Shown here: positions 46,285-56,046 of the stretch, one piece after another
Position numbering within the stretch: position 1 is the first letter of the stretch
Layout: each line of letters opens with the position of its first letter
Origin: a virus
DNA: 64,000 bases
Direction: 5' to 3' (one strand)
Virus record (IMG/VR): IMGVR_UViG_3300021492_000072
Program-made: the position numbers and the translations under genes
Notes under the pieces: generated by a model
Databases searched by the model: none
The model's input: the letters and a program-made list of their open reading frames with translations, nothing else
Told to the model about the DNA's origin: nothing

Positions 46285-47388
46285 CTTTCTAGGAATCCTC
46301 TTACGATATTTTATACAAATTTCAATAGTGTTCTTGATTTCTTCTTCAAGAGTAATTGAAGGCTTGTAACCAAGGCTGTCTAAGATTCCTTTCTCTACTT
46401 TGTATAAGTCAATGTCTTCTCTTTCAACTCTTGGATTGGGATAGTACTTCATCTTTGTAAAAATACCAAATTCCTCCATTGAGATTCTTTTAACAGTTCT
46501 AGCCAAGTCTTCCAGCCTATAGACTTCCATTAACTGATTAACTAGCCTATACTCTCCACGTTTGGGTGGGTTCTCTAATAACAAACGAAGGCATTGAATG
46601 GAGTCTCTTAAAGGTAGGAAGCCTCTCTTTTGATTCCCCGAACCATAGACGGTTAATGAGACATCTTTAGTCGCAGCTTCGGCGCATAGACGATTGAGAT
46701 AAGTCCCAAACAGTTCATCTGCGTCAAAGCGTGTGAATAAGAGTTCGTCTTTCCCATCTATTTCCTCGGTTAATACACCAAAGACTACACCTTGCATCAC
46801 GTCAGTTACTGTTAATCCCCAGCAGTTGCACGCTAACTCTAGATAAAGAGAGCCTAAGATTTTTGTATCGTGGTAGAAAGAGATTCCTCTACGGGGGTAT
46901 GGTAGGACTTCCTTAAACGGTCCGTAGCTGATTTCCAATCCTTTTTCTGAAATAGGGATGTTAGACGCCGCGTACTCTCCCAAAGTTCCGATTACTATTA
47001 CATGCACATCCATTTTTAATTCTCGTAGAGCCCAAACAAGGTTTAAAGGTCCAATAGTGTTGGTGAACGTAGTTTCAAAGCAGCTATCACGGTCCTTCAT
47101 TGAGTACGGCGCACTAGGTTGATGTGCTAAGTATACAATAGCGTCTGGATCGACTCTACGGAGTACGTCTAAGAAGTGAGGCCAATCAGTTACGTCACAG
47201 ACTTCGAAGCCAATTGATAAGGCGTGAACCCTGTCTTCTACTGACGCAATTGGGGTTATAGACGTTGCGACCTTCCTTCTGAAGAGGTTGTCGATACCAT
47301 AAACCTCGAACCCGCGCGCTACTAAATTCTGCGCTAATGCAAATCCTATAAAACCATCTATACCTGCGATTAGAACCTTACCACGCAT
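46252..47388 (-). CDS. sqdB: UDP-sulfoquinovose synthase (SqdB/SQD1/Agl3 family)
   Basis: GIDGFIG, DNLFRR, QPSAPYSM, GTLGEY, SFYHDTK, QGVVFG, TRFD..FGTYLNR, LTVYGSGNQKRGF. Confidence 0.9.
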   Translation of the reverse strand: MRGKVLIAGIDGFIGFALAQNLVARGFEVYGIDNLFRRKVATSITPIASVEDRVHALSIGFEVCDVTDWPHFLDVLRRVDPDAIVYLAHQPSAPYSMKDRDSCFETTFTNTIGPLNLVWALRELKMDVHVIVIGTLGEYAASNIPISEKGLEISYGPFKEVLPYPRRGISFYHDTKILGSLYLELACNCWGLTVTDVMQGVVFGVLTEEIDGKDELLFTRFDADELFGTYLNRLCAEAATKDVSLTVYGSGNQKRGFLPLRDSIQCLRLLLENPPKRGEYRLVNQLMEVYRLEDLARTVKRISMEEFGIFTKMKYYPNPRVEREDIDLYKVEKGILDSLGYKPSITLEEEIKNTIEICIKYRKRIPRKLLKPRTRWRA

Positions 47389-47411
47389 TTTCCTATACCT
47401 CCTAGCGGGAT

Positions 47412-47453
47412 CCCGCGCATATTGCTAAAATATGGCGCAATAACCATATGATA
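47412..47453. promoter_or_regulatory. Dispersed ~42-bp intergenic element, copy 2
   Basis: Matches 31241-31282. Confidence 0.6.
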
Positions 47454-47462
47454 TGAAGCATG

Positions 47463-48866
47463 TTATAGCTCAATCACGGCGTATCCACCCCTCCCCATGC
47501 CCTCAAAGTAGAGTCGAATCGCTTCCCTTGTGAACCACCAGGCCATTACGCAGTCATCATAGGTGCTATAGGGATAACTTAGCACTTCACGTTTCCATGC
47601 GCAAAAAGAACACTCACAACCAGGGTCATGGCTCCAATAGGGGATGTGCCACATATTATTATCTAATTCAACTCTTAAAGACGGGATGCCAACATTGACA
47701 TAGTGCTTTTGCGTACCTGTGTAATAAGACTTTATGGGGAGCTTCCTTAGTTCACCCACCCAATCAAATAGCATTTGCTGGGTAGCGTTGGACTCAACTA
47801 GGATCACTTCTGGTTTATACTTCTCGTACTCCCTGATCAGTAATCTCGCGACTTCAGGTGCGGCTGCTTTGACTCTTATTATGTTAATCGGCCACCGCAT
47901 ACGTGTTTCTGCGTGGACGCCCGTCGTGAATAAAACTGAGTAGTCCTTACCATGACCACCAGAGATATCAACTCCCATGTATTTTCTGACATATGGTTCC
48001 GTAAGGCTTGTATACTCGGGTGGGTTGGAACCGGGAGTGAGAGGCCAATCATGTCTCTGTTTGAAGCACTCTCTAGAGAATAACACAGTCTCCACCCGAA
48101 TGGGCTGCATCCGGAAACCTTTTTCAAACGCCAGTGGATCATCCTTCCACTTGTCGTACAGCTTCTCTCGTGGCCATACTTGAGGCCATAAAGGATCAAA
48201 GTTCTCATTTATCTTCCATATCTTACGACACCAACCTTTCTTTCTTAGAAGGTCAGCGTATACATCTTCCTCTGCCCATGTAGTGCCGATGACCACAACT
48301 TGGTGACCTTGTGGTTCTAGTGTGTTCATCCAGACGTCAAAGAACGCTTCTTTTACCTTTCTTATCATACCTTTTGTAGCTGCTGTCCTGTTGTCACATA
48401 TGTCATCGCAAATAAGGAGGTCACTTCTTCCTCCAGTACCAGTCGCAATTATCCCTTTACCTTCTACTGTTGCGTCTCTGAGCGCCAAGCTTCTCTCCAC
48501 AAAGATTCTTTCTTTAGTCCAGTACCTAGCTTTAGATGGTCTTACATGAGGGAAAATAGCACGGTACTTTGGTGAAAAAAGCAGTGTTTGAGTGATTGCT
48601 GATAAAAGTTCCTTCGCCTTTTCGTTTGAGTTCGCAACTATCTTGATCCTGATATTAGTGTTGAGTCCGATCCTCCAGCATGGGTAGGCTATGGAGACAA
48701 CCGAACTTTTCCCGTGTGCTCTTGGAGAAAGGATGAGAATTTTCCGTTTAGTTTCCAAGAGTGTACACCATTGTTTATGGAGGTCCGCTAGGGGGAAGTC
48801 GAAGACGAAGGTTAGGAATGATGCGAAACTTTCGCGGCACAATCTCCGGAGTGTTTTGATGTTCAC
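47463..48866 (-). CDS. terL: Terminase large subunit
   Basis: Walker A PRAHGKS, Walker B LLICDD, IGT; RNase H-like MGVD..D and YDDCVMA. Confidence 0.92.
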   Translation of the reverse strand: MNIKTLRRLCRESFASFLTFVFDFPLADLHKQWCTLLETKRKILILSPRAHGKSSVVSIAYPCWRIGLNTNIRIKIVANSNEKAKELLSAITQTLLFSPKYRAIFPHVRPSKARYWTKERIFVERSLALRDATVEGKGIIATGTGGRSDLLICDDICDNRTAATKGMIRKVKEAFFDVWMNTLEPQGHQVVVIGTTWAEEDVYADLLRKKGWCRKIWKINENFDPLWPQVWPREKLYDKWKDDPLAFEKGFRMQPIRVETVLFSRECFKQRHDWPLTPGSNPPEYTSLTEPYVRKYMGVDISGGHGKDYSVLFTTGVHAETRMRWPINIIRVKAAAPEVARLLIREYEKYKPEVILVESNATQQMLFDWVGELRKLPIKSYYTGTQKHYVNVGIPSLRVELDNNMWHIPYWSHDPGCECSFCAWKREVLSYPYSTYDDCVMAWWFTREAIRLYFEGMGRGGYAVIEL

Positions 48867-49132
48867 TTTTCAAAATCCTTCAACTTCTCCTCAAATAGTT
48901 CGATCACATCGTCGGGGTCGCCTTCGCCTTTATACTTGAGTAGAAGCTCCAGTCCTTTGACTACTTCCATCCACGTTTGTGGTTTCAAATTAGGGTTATT
49001 TAAGAGCGCTTCTTTTATTCTAGTAGCGACCACATCGACGGTGCTGCCAGTACTACTTTCTTCATCGTTTGTCGACTTCTTATGTGGTGCTGACGCTAAA
49101 CCTAATTCTAAGACTTTCTTTTTTCTGCCCAT
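48863..49132 (-). CDS. Small protein immediately upstream of TerL (possible small terminase)
   Basis: Position and GTGA coupling only. Confidence 0.4.
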   Translation of the reverse strand: MGRKKKVLELGLASAPHKKSTNDEESSTGSTVDVVATRIKEALLNNPNLKPQTWMEVVKGLELLLKYKGEGDPDDVIELFEEKLKDFEK

Positions 49133-49689
49133 TTAAAGTACCTCATTGGTAAAAATGCATATGGTGTTGCTAGAGAAATTTCACCTAAACTTACAGGTTC
49201 TGACTTCTTTGCGCGCTCGGTTCTTGTTACACACCTAAGATTCCCAGCACTGGTTTCCGACACTTCAACTTCATTCGTCTCTATTGAGCCCTTAGGACGA
49301 ACGCGTGATTTTATTTCACCTCCGGCATAGCACCATACATCTACAACCTTGTTATCTTTTGTAACAAGACCAACTAGGTTGTTTGAGGTAAGTTTAGCTT
49401 CTTGAGGTGGGAACTTTATAGCACCTTCTTCCATGTCCTCTTCCGCTACACACACGTAGTCAGGTGAAAGGGCTTCTGTCAGTTCAGCTAACGTTGCATT
49501 TGCTGGCTGAATGTAATCAGGTTCAGTGAACAACTTTCCACGGTATATAGTAGGTTTGGACCGCAGGATGCCCTTGCTTATTCGTCTCTTAACCGTGTCG
49601 TCAGGCGTCGACACGAATAAGCTGCCAAAGGTAATAGTCCATATTCCAACTACTCGGTTGGATTTTACTTCAATAATGAAACCTCTCAT
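49108..49689 (-). CDS. Hypothetical protein with two internally similar halves
   Basis: NRVVGIW..TLAEL vs NKVVDVW..SLGEI. Confidence 0.65.
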   Translation of the reverse strand: MRGFIIEVKSNRVVGIWTITFGSLFVSTPDDTVKRRISKGILRSKPTIYRGKLFTEPDYIQPANATLAELTEALSPDYVCVAEEDMEEGAIKFPPQEAKLTSNNLVGLVTKDNKVVDVWCYAGGEIKSRVRPKGSIETNEVEVSETSAGNLRCVTRTERAKKSEPVSLGEISLATPYAFLPMRYFKWAEKRKS

Positions 49690-52600
49690 TATTCACCCTC
49701 CTTCTTTAGGAGTTTGAGGAGGTATTGTTCTTCAGGACGGCGTTTTGGCGCCACCCAGACAATCCCCACCTCCTTCTTAAACCATTCAAACGCGGCTTCC
49801 CTCCATTTACCACCTAACACGATGCCTCTTAAGTGGCGCCACACGTTAAATTTTGCGTCTTCGCTCCACCCGTGCTTATTTAGGTAAGCAAAGATTTTGT
49901 TCGCAACCGGCACCTGCTGTTCTTCCGATGTCAGTTTTGTCACAAACTTGGCGACTAACTTACGAAAGTCTTTACCCTTTGCCGCTTCTTGGAATTTGAT
50001 AAACCACTTTTCACGCTTAGCAGCTTCGATGACTTTCTTTTTCTTCTCCCATGGCCTTTTCAAAGTCCATTTGACTTTCATTTCTTCTTCGAACCATTTA
50101 TACGCATCTTGTCTTGGTTTACCACCAGACTGAATGTTTTTCAGCCGCCGCCATACGTTGTACATTGCATCCTTACTCCAGCCTTGTCTGTCCAAGTAGG
50201 CGAAGATTTTGTTCACTATGAGCTCACACTGTTCCTCAGGCGCAAGTCTCGCTACGAACTCAACAACTACGTTGTGAAAGTCCTTACCTTTAGTGTCCGC
50301 CAAGAACTCGAATAACCTCTTATATTTTTCTCTTTCGCGTTTTAGAATTGCTGCAGTAACGGGCCTCTTCCGTGCTTCCTCTAATGCTTTTAGCCTCGAA
50401 AACTCCGTCATTTTATTCAGTTGCTTACTAAATCCTTGCACGTCAATTACTCCCTCTTTCTCTAACTCCAGTAATAAACCCTTGTCACTCCTAGACGCGG
50501 CTATAATCCTACGAATCATCATGCCAACCGTATCCCAGTTCTGTGCTTCTGTGGATGCCATAACGGTCAAAGTGGCTTCTATTGCTTCCCTTATTTGATC
50601 AGGGTTGAGCTTCAGCTTTTTCATCGCTTCAACAAACTCTTTCCACATCCCTTCGGTCTTGAGCTTAGCGAGGGGTTTTACCGCTACTGCCTTCATTAAA
50701 GATAAGAAGTAATCGTAAAGTTCGGGTGAACTGTACCGCAAGATTGTGGGCTTGGTTACAAATGTCGCGAATAATTCAGCGAAGGATTCTGCTGGGTCTG
50801 AGATAGCGTACACCCGAAGAGGGATAGATAAGTTTTTCGTAATCTCAGGTAACCTGTCTTGGAGCGGTTTGATGAGAGTTTCGCGTATATACGACGAACT
50901 AGCCAGTAAAGCTGCTTGAAGCTGGCCCTTCTGTTCCTTCTCTACTAAGTACTCAAGAAAACCAATTAATTTTGCTACTTCTTTTTCACTCTTTGCATAT
51001 AAAGTAGCCCTTTCTACAAAGGGATACAGGATCCCATAGAGGTAGACCTGTCCGTAGGTGGACCCCAGTAATGTGTTGTACATAACGTGGCGTTCGAAGA
51101 TGTGGTGACCTAACTCATGAAGTATTTGGTAGAGGTTGGGAGTAGCCACAATAGACGAGTTGAATGATTCCATAAACTTCTCATACCCGCGTCCCAAGAT
51201 GTACGACGCGTTAAATGTTGAAGTAGTCTTACTAAATCCAATATAGTTGAGTCCTTCCCATATAGCTGGGACTCTTAAGAAGGGGTAGGTTTCTAACAGG
51301 GACCGGATGTATGGTTCGATCTTTTCGTCGACGTAGGGAATTCTTTTCATAATCGCATCAACACTTGTTACAGCGGGCCAAGGCCGCCCCAGTCTCTCAA
51401 GTGACTTGCCAACCCATTTTTTGTAAGAACTTGGTGTCCAAAGTGTTGATGCTAGGAAGTCTTCAAACGCTACTTTACCAGGTATTTCCCTATGAGGTGT
51501 GAAGATAACCGCGCGAAACATGTGTTTAAAGAACAACATCGGATCCACATACGCTTCTTTAGGAAAGTCGAGTGGTAAGGTGAACTTCTCAAAAGGCGCC
51601 AAGTTCCCAAACTTCCACGCCTCTTCCAATTTAATGTACGGTTCTTTGCCGAGTTCTATACCAACCTTTCTGAACACTTTCCACAAGCGAGTTTCCCACA
51701 CATCCTCACGAGCCTTTTGCATTATAGCTGCGAGCTGGGCTGTAATGGGTGAGTATGGGTCGAGAAAGTTGTTCCTAAACATTAGGTTCTCAACAACTGC
51801 GTCAACAAACGCACTTCTTACTGTTGAATGTGTTGCTTTTGCAGGGATGTACAGCGTGTTTTCCAGCGGGTTATAATATGGTGTCTCAGCCGCCGTGGTT
51901 GTTATTTTGTCAAACAAAGCAAAGTAAGCAGGTTCACGTAATCGAGGTTCTTTTAGTAAAATATCCCGGATTTTCTTATCGACATGATCAAGCGCGCCTA
52001 TTGCCAGCAGCTCGGACTTGGGTAAGTGCAGGCCTCTTACTGGGATGACTTTTTGGAGCCAATCTACTTCAAACCTGGTCTCCTCTATATCGACAGGAAT
52101 TAACACGCACCGACATTTACCGTTACATCTTACTCCCCTAGCTTTGTAAGGCTCACCGCAGCCCGGCCACCTACCTATAAACTCAAGTTCAGTTTGCGAG
52201 AAGACTTTACCGTGCATCTCCCGACAGTCTTGGCACATGTTCTCATCGCCAGTGCCAACCCATTTGTAATAGATGGTTTTGCCTTTTAGGGTAAAAAATC
52301 GAGTTACAGCCTGGAGGGGTAAGTGTGTAAGGTAACCAACGAACGCACCCGCCGCCAGGAAGCTTAGGAGTAACTTATGTAAATCATCTCTTACTTTGTC
52401 CCAATCTCTCTTTTCTGCGTCTTTCTTGACTTCTTGATATTTTGAAGTCCACTGACGAGTCATATAGTCGTTAATCTTCTTTAATGAACGTACAGTTTCA
52501 GCGTCGACATAATCTTTGTCATAAGAAGGCCAGTACCTATCTACCCAGTAGTACCCTGTCTGAAGAGCGTCAGGGGTCACATCTTTCAAGGCGTTCTGAA

Positions 52601-54014
52601 TTTGCGTGTAGAACCATTTGTCCAATGGATCGAGTGTAGGGGTAACGTCTGCTCTGACTAGCATGAACTTTTCGCACAGTTTCTCTGTGAGCTCCTCATG
52701 TACTTTCCTGAGCTTTTTGGTTAGCTTCATTGAAAGAGTCATCCGCTTGGATACAAAGTCAGCTGTCTTAGGGTCACTAATCAGGTTCAAGTTACGTACG
52801 CTTTCTAGATATTCTAACTCGGCAGCTCTTTTTATCTCTTGAAACGGGTCCTCTGATTCAGCTCGAGCTGGGGTCACAACTATAGGTTCTTGGGTAGGGG
52901 GTTTTGCTTCCCCACCAGGAGGCTTCGTCCCACCAACAGGTGTGAGACCTTGTGGTTGCAAGATAGTGAGTGTGTCACCACCTTGAGCGGGTGGTAAGTG
53001 CAGGAATGCCCTTGCTTCGTTAGGTGAAATAAGCCCAGACCTCGCAGCTAGTAGCAACTCTGATATAGTATGAGCGGGGGGTATTTTGAATCTTATATTG
53101 ATACCGTAAGGGCGGAGAAAGTGATTGAGTTGATCTTGGATAGCTGTTACAATATGAGGTGTGTAGGTCGAATACAATAAAGGTCGCGCGGTTTGCCTAC
53201 CTAAACTATCTCCAGGATTGGAAAAACCAAACGCTGAACGTACCAGCCAATCCATTCGGTCTAAGAAGGAGGTTATGAGTTGAACGTCTAGTTGTTTTAC
53301 TATGTCAATCCACTCGCCTCTACCAGCACCCCAAAGAATTGGCACTTTAGTTGACTGTTCTTGAACTAAGTTGGTTAAGTCTGCCTGTAGTTTTTCTATT
53401 ACCTCCTTTCCTACGTCCTCTTGCACTACGAAAACACCAATTGGTGGCCTTCCTTTCTTGTGCATTCGCTGGAGTGAGTAAACCAAATTAGTGATCTCGT
53501 AAGTTAGAGACTCAATGATAGATAAGGATCCAATAGTGTAGGTCCTCTTAACCCCAGCTATAACAATAACCTCGTCTGGTTTGAATTCAAATTTTTTACC
53601 GTTGACCTCCTGAATGTATCCTAAGAGAACCCCATCTTTTCTAAACACAGGAGCGAACGTGCCCGCGTCTCTTGCGGTAAAACTTTTTAGCTGAGATCCA
53701 AGCGTGAATACAGGTAATATAACACCTTTGTTGACGACAAGCATGTCAACAACACATGCTTGGAGAACTTCCTTAAATGTCTCACCTGTGGGACCTACTC
53801 CCTCAAAAAGAGCGGAGATTACTCCCTTCTTAAATGGATGAGACACTTTCACTTCAAAAGGGAGCCCAGCGATCGTTGTCGCAATTTGATCAACACACCT
53901 TCTTATTGTGTTAGTGTCCCTATATATCTGTCTCAAGACCGAAGCTTGTAAAGAAGTTGTGTATGACCACTGGATTGATGTGTCAAAAGACGTCACTCCC
54001 TTCAACTTATCCAT
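49689..54014 (-). CDS. Portal protein fused to a MuF-like domain, zincin metallopeptidase domain(s) and a duplicated C-terminal domain
   Basis: Portal: CVDQIATTIAGLP, FKPDEVI, SPNEAR..L.P..GGD. MuF: KW..GD..MCQDC..HGK..CRC. Zincin: HELGH..YA..DPAESFAE..PELYDYF. Two ~75-aa KGKDF..NKIFAYL..GWS repeats. Confidence 0.88.
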   Translation of the reverse strand: MDKLKGVTSFDTSIQWSYTTSLQASVLRQIYRDTNTIRRCVDQIATTIAGLPFEVKVSHPFKKGVISALFEGVGPTGETFKEVLQACVVDMLVVNKGVILPVFTLGSQLKSFTARDAGTFAPVFRKDGVLLGYIQEVNGKKFEFKPDEVIVIAGVKRTYTIGSLSIIESLTYEITNLVYSLQRMHKKGRPPIGVFVVQEDVGKEVIEKLQADLTNLVQEQSTKVPILWGAGRGEWIDIVKQLDVQLITSFLDRMDWLVRSAFGFSNPGDSLGRQTARPLLYSTYTPHIVTAIQDQLNHFLRPYGINIRFKIPPAHTISELLLAARSGLISPNEARAFLHLPPAQGGDTLTILQPQGLTPVGGTKPPGGEAKPPTQEPIVVTPARAESEDPFQEIKRAAELEYLESVRNLNLISDPKTADFVSKRMTLSMKLTKKLRKVHEELTEKLCEKFMLVRADVTPTLDPLDKWFYTQIQNALKDVTPDALQTGYYWVDRYWPSYDKDYVDAETVRSLKKINDYMTRQWTSKYQEVKKDAEKRDWDKVRDDLHKLLLSFLAAGAFVGYLTHLPLQAVTRFFTLKGKTIYYKWVGTGDENMCQDCREMHGKVFSQTELEFIGRWPGCGEPYKARGVRCNGKCRCVLIPVDIEETRFEVDWLQKVIPVRGLHLPKSELLAIGALDHVDKKIRDILLKEPRLREPAYFALFDKITTTAAETPYYNPLENTLYIPAKATHSTVRSAFVDAVVENLMFRNNFLDPYSPITAQLAAIMQKAREDVWETRLWKVFRKVGIELGKEPYIKLEEAWKFGNLAPFEKFTLPLDFPKEAYVDPMLFFKHMFRAVIFTPHREIPGKVAFEDFLASTLWTPSSYKKWVGKSLERLGRPWPAVTSVDAIMKRIPYVDEKIEPYIRSLLETYPFLRVPAIWEGLNYIGFSKTTSTFNASYILGRGYEKFMESFNSSIVATPNLYQILHELGHHIFERHVMYNTLLGSTYGQVYLYGILYPFVERATLYAKSEKEVAKLIGFLEYLVEKEQKGQLQAALLASSSYIRETLIKPLQDRLPEITKNLSIPLRVYAISDPAESFAELFATFVTKPTILRYSSPELYDYFLSLMKAVAVKPLAKLKTEGMWKEFVEAMKKLKLNPDQIREAIEATLTVMASTEAQNWDTVGMMIRRIIAASRSDKGLLLELEKEGVIDVQGFSKQLNKMTEFSRLKALEEARKRPVTAAILKREREKYKRLFEFLADTKGKDFHNVVVEFVARLAPEEQCELIVNKIFAYLDRQGWSKDAMYNVWRRLKNIQSGGKPRQDAYKWFEEEMKVKWTLKRPWEKKKKVIEAAKREKWFIKFQEAAKGKDFRKLVAKFVTKLTSEEQQVPVANKIFAYLNKHGWSEDAKFNVWRHLRGIVLGGKWREAAFEWFKKEVGIVWVAPKRRPEEQYLLKLLKKEGE

Positions 54015-54029
54015 ATAAATCTCCTGAAA

Positions 54030-54116
54030 AGTGTTTTCTTCTATCTACATGTGTAAGGGGGGTTAAGTCAAGGTCGCACCTTGACCTATTAAGTTAAGCG
54101 CTGTATAAGCGAACAA
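54030..54116. promoter_or_regulatory. Back-to-back sigma70-like promoters
   Basis: GTCAAGGT-CGC-ACCTTGAC; + strand TTGACC-17-TATAAG-7-ATG; - strand TTGACT-18-TAGATA. Confidence 0.6.
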
Positions 54117-54686
54117 ATGTTGCCCTTCAAGATTAAGCGACCATACATAGCTTTTGTGGGGTCAGCAGTGACCTCGCTTGTCAGTCACGATCTAGATGTC
54201 ATGTTTTTTACACTACAGCTTAAAGATGATGTGGTAGCACAAAAGTGCATCAAAATGCTATCACGCTATCTTCCAACCCGAACTCATTACATCGAGGCTA
54301 GCTATATCACTCCTTTTTCGCCTTACGTCCCACTGTACGACCTTGTCGCTATGCCTTACGAATGGACACATAAACGTTACGCACCCCTCTACCCAAAGAG
54401 TGCAAAGGGCCCGTACATCTCTATCAGTACGCGTCATCTTCACCAAAAAGCACCTCGGCGGCTTGTAGTTTGGTTAGGGTGTGTGCGCTACTTGAAACCT
54501 AAGCATACTTTTTACGTACCAAAAGAGTTTAACATGTACTACTATGTCCCTCTGTACATCCGTCTAACACGAATGTTTCCCATCAATAAAAGACCAGTTG
54601 TTTCAAAAGCAGATCCGCCCCAAGGAGCGCTTGCAGTGTACAATTTAGTGCTGGAAAAACAACCTTACCGCAAGGTAGAAATGTGA
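54117..54686 (+). CDS. Pol-beta-superfamily nucleotidyltransferase-like protein
   Basis: IAFVGSAV......DLDV (hGS..DhD); second half is a degenerate repeat (PLYDLV / AVYNLV). Confidence 0.5.
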   Translation: MLPFKIKRPYIAFVGSAVTSLVSHDLDVMFFTLQLKDDVVAQKCIKMLSRYLPTRTHYIEASYITPFSPYVPLYDLVAMPYEWTHKRYAPLYPKSAKGPYISISTRHLHQKAPRRLVVWLGCVRYLKPKHTFYVPKEFNMYYYVPLYIRLTRMFPINKRPVVSKADPPQGALAVYNLVLEKQPYRKVEM

Positions 54687-56005
54687 TGAGTAGTGTCGTA
54701 GACGAACTCTTTGGTTCACTCCCACCGGGCTGGAGAGTTGCCCACTTATGTTCGGCATGTAAGTACTTTAAACCCAAAACTTTCACATGCTCAGCATTCC
54801 CTGAGGGGATCCCAAGTGACATAATAGAAGGCTTTATGCCGCACACTAATGTGTTTCGGGGTCAAGTAGGGGACTACGTGTTTGAGCCAAAAACGGACTT
54901 TAAACTGTCAGAGCTCTTTGGGGTAACTGAAGACTTAACCCGCCGAGTTTTCAGACCAAAAGAGGACATCATAAAGTGGATAACATATAAAGGACGTAGA
55001 ATTCCTATTTTCAAAAAACGCCCGCCTACCAAGTCATACAAAGCCCTGGGCCAGCTTTTAACGGCTGTAAGCGGAGTTACACTTGAAGCATCCTTCCAAG
55101 CCATAAAAAGGTTCGCCAGGTTTCTAGAGAAGAAAGGCGCGGAGTGGATAACCGTAGACGATCCTATTTGGAGAAGACATGTGAAAAGAATTGAGGATTA
55201 CTTCCCCCTCCGTGATGTGGGGTATTATAAAACTAATGGTGATATGTACCTACCCCAAATAATGCGCGTTCATAGGACGTTACGGAAGCTCGAAAAGCGG
55301 TTCCCAGGGATATTATCCGGTGTGCGTATAACATGCGTCCCTCAAGGTAGAACTCCTAGAACGAAAGCCTTTGCTACTATAGACAGAGCGCACTTGGAAG
55401 GCGGGGCCCTTCTCAAAAGTCCTAAGTTTGACGATCTTTATTTTGGCAAAATCTTTAAGCACGCCGGGATTGTAAAAGAACACACAACTTACAGCCAGAT
55501 ACGGTCTGCGTATTGGATTCCTGAAACGCATTTAAGCGACCTAGAAAACTTGAGCCTTTATACTGAATATTTTAAGCGTCGCTTTGGAGGTATAGAGCCT
55601 CCCTTGGTGGCTTTTGTATCCTCAAAATACACAGCTACCTGTTACCCTTCCATGAATCACATTGTTCACGAATTTGGTCACATATTTCACAACAAACACA
55701 ACAAGCTTAGAGAGTTTATGCTTGACGTATACGCACCCTACTTAGGGAGGTGCATTAAAGCGGGTTTTGACAAATTCCCGCTCCAGCCGATGTCTGGACG
55801 TGCAAAATTACCGCGTCTCACAGCACTATTCCAAGTAGATACCAAATTCAGAAGCGCGGTTTACACTCCTTATTCGTTAGTCGACCCATTCGAAGGCTAC
55901 GCTGAGGCATTTAAAGGGTACATCATCCATCCACAGATTCTAAAGCGCAAGTGGCCCGAAGCGTATGAGTTCTTTCGAAAAATAGAAGAACAAGGTTTAA
56001 GTTAA
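54683..56005 (+). CDS. Cys-rich N-domain + WIT tag + zincin metallopeptidase
   Basis: CSAC..CSAFPEGIP..H; KWITYKGRRIPI; HEFGH..YS..DPFEGYAEAF..PEAYEFF. Confidence 0.75.
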   Translation: MMSSVVDELFGSLPPGWRVAHLCSACKYFKPKTFTCSAFPEGIPSDIIEGFMPHTNVFRGQVGDYVFEPKTDFKLSELFGVTEDLTRRVFRPKEDIIKWITYKGRRIPIFKKRPPTKSYKALGQLLTAVSGVTLEASFQAIKRFARFLEKKGAEWITVDDPIWRRHVKRIEDYFPLRDVGYYKTNGDMYLPQIMRVHRTLRKLEKRFPGILSGVRITCVPQGRTPRTKAFATIDRAHLEGGALLKSPKFDDLYFGKIFKHAGIVKEHTTYSQIRSAYWIPETHLSDLENLSLYTEYFKRRFGGIEPPLVAFVSSKYTATCYPSMNHIVHEFGHIFHNKHNKLREFMLDVYAPYLGRCIKAGFDKFPLQPMSGRAKLPRLTALFQVDTKFRSAVYTPYSLVDPFEGYAEAFKGYIIHPQILKRKWPEAYEFFRKIEEQGLS

Positions 56006-56046
56006 TGTACTTGACACTTCAAGCGGTGAGTACTAGTTAACCAGTA

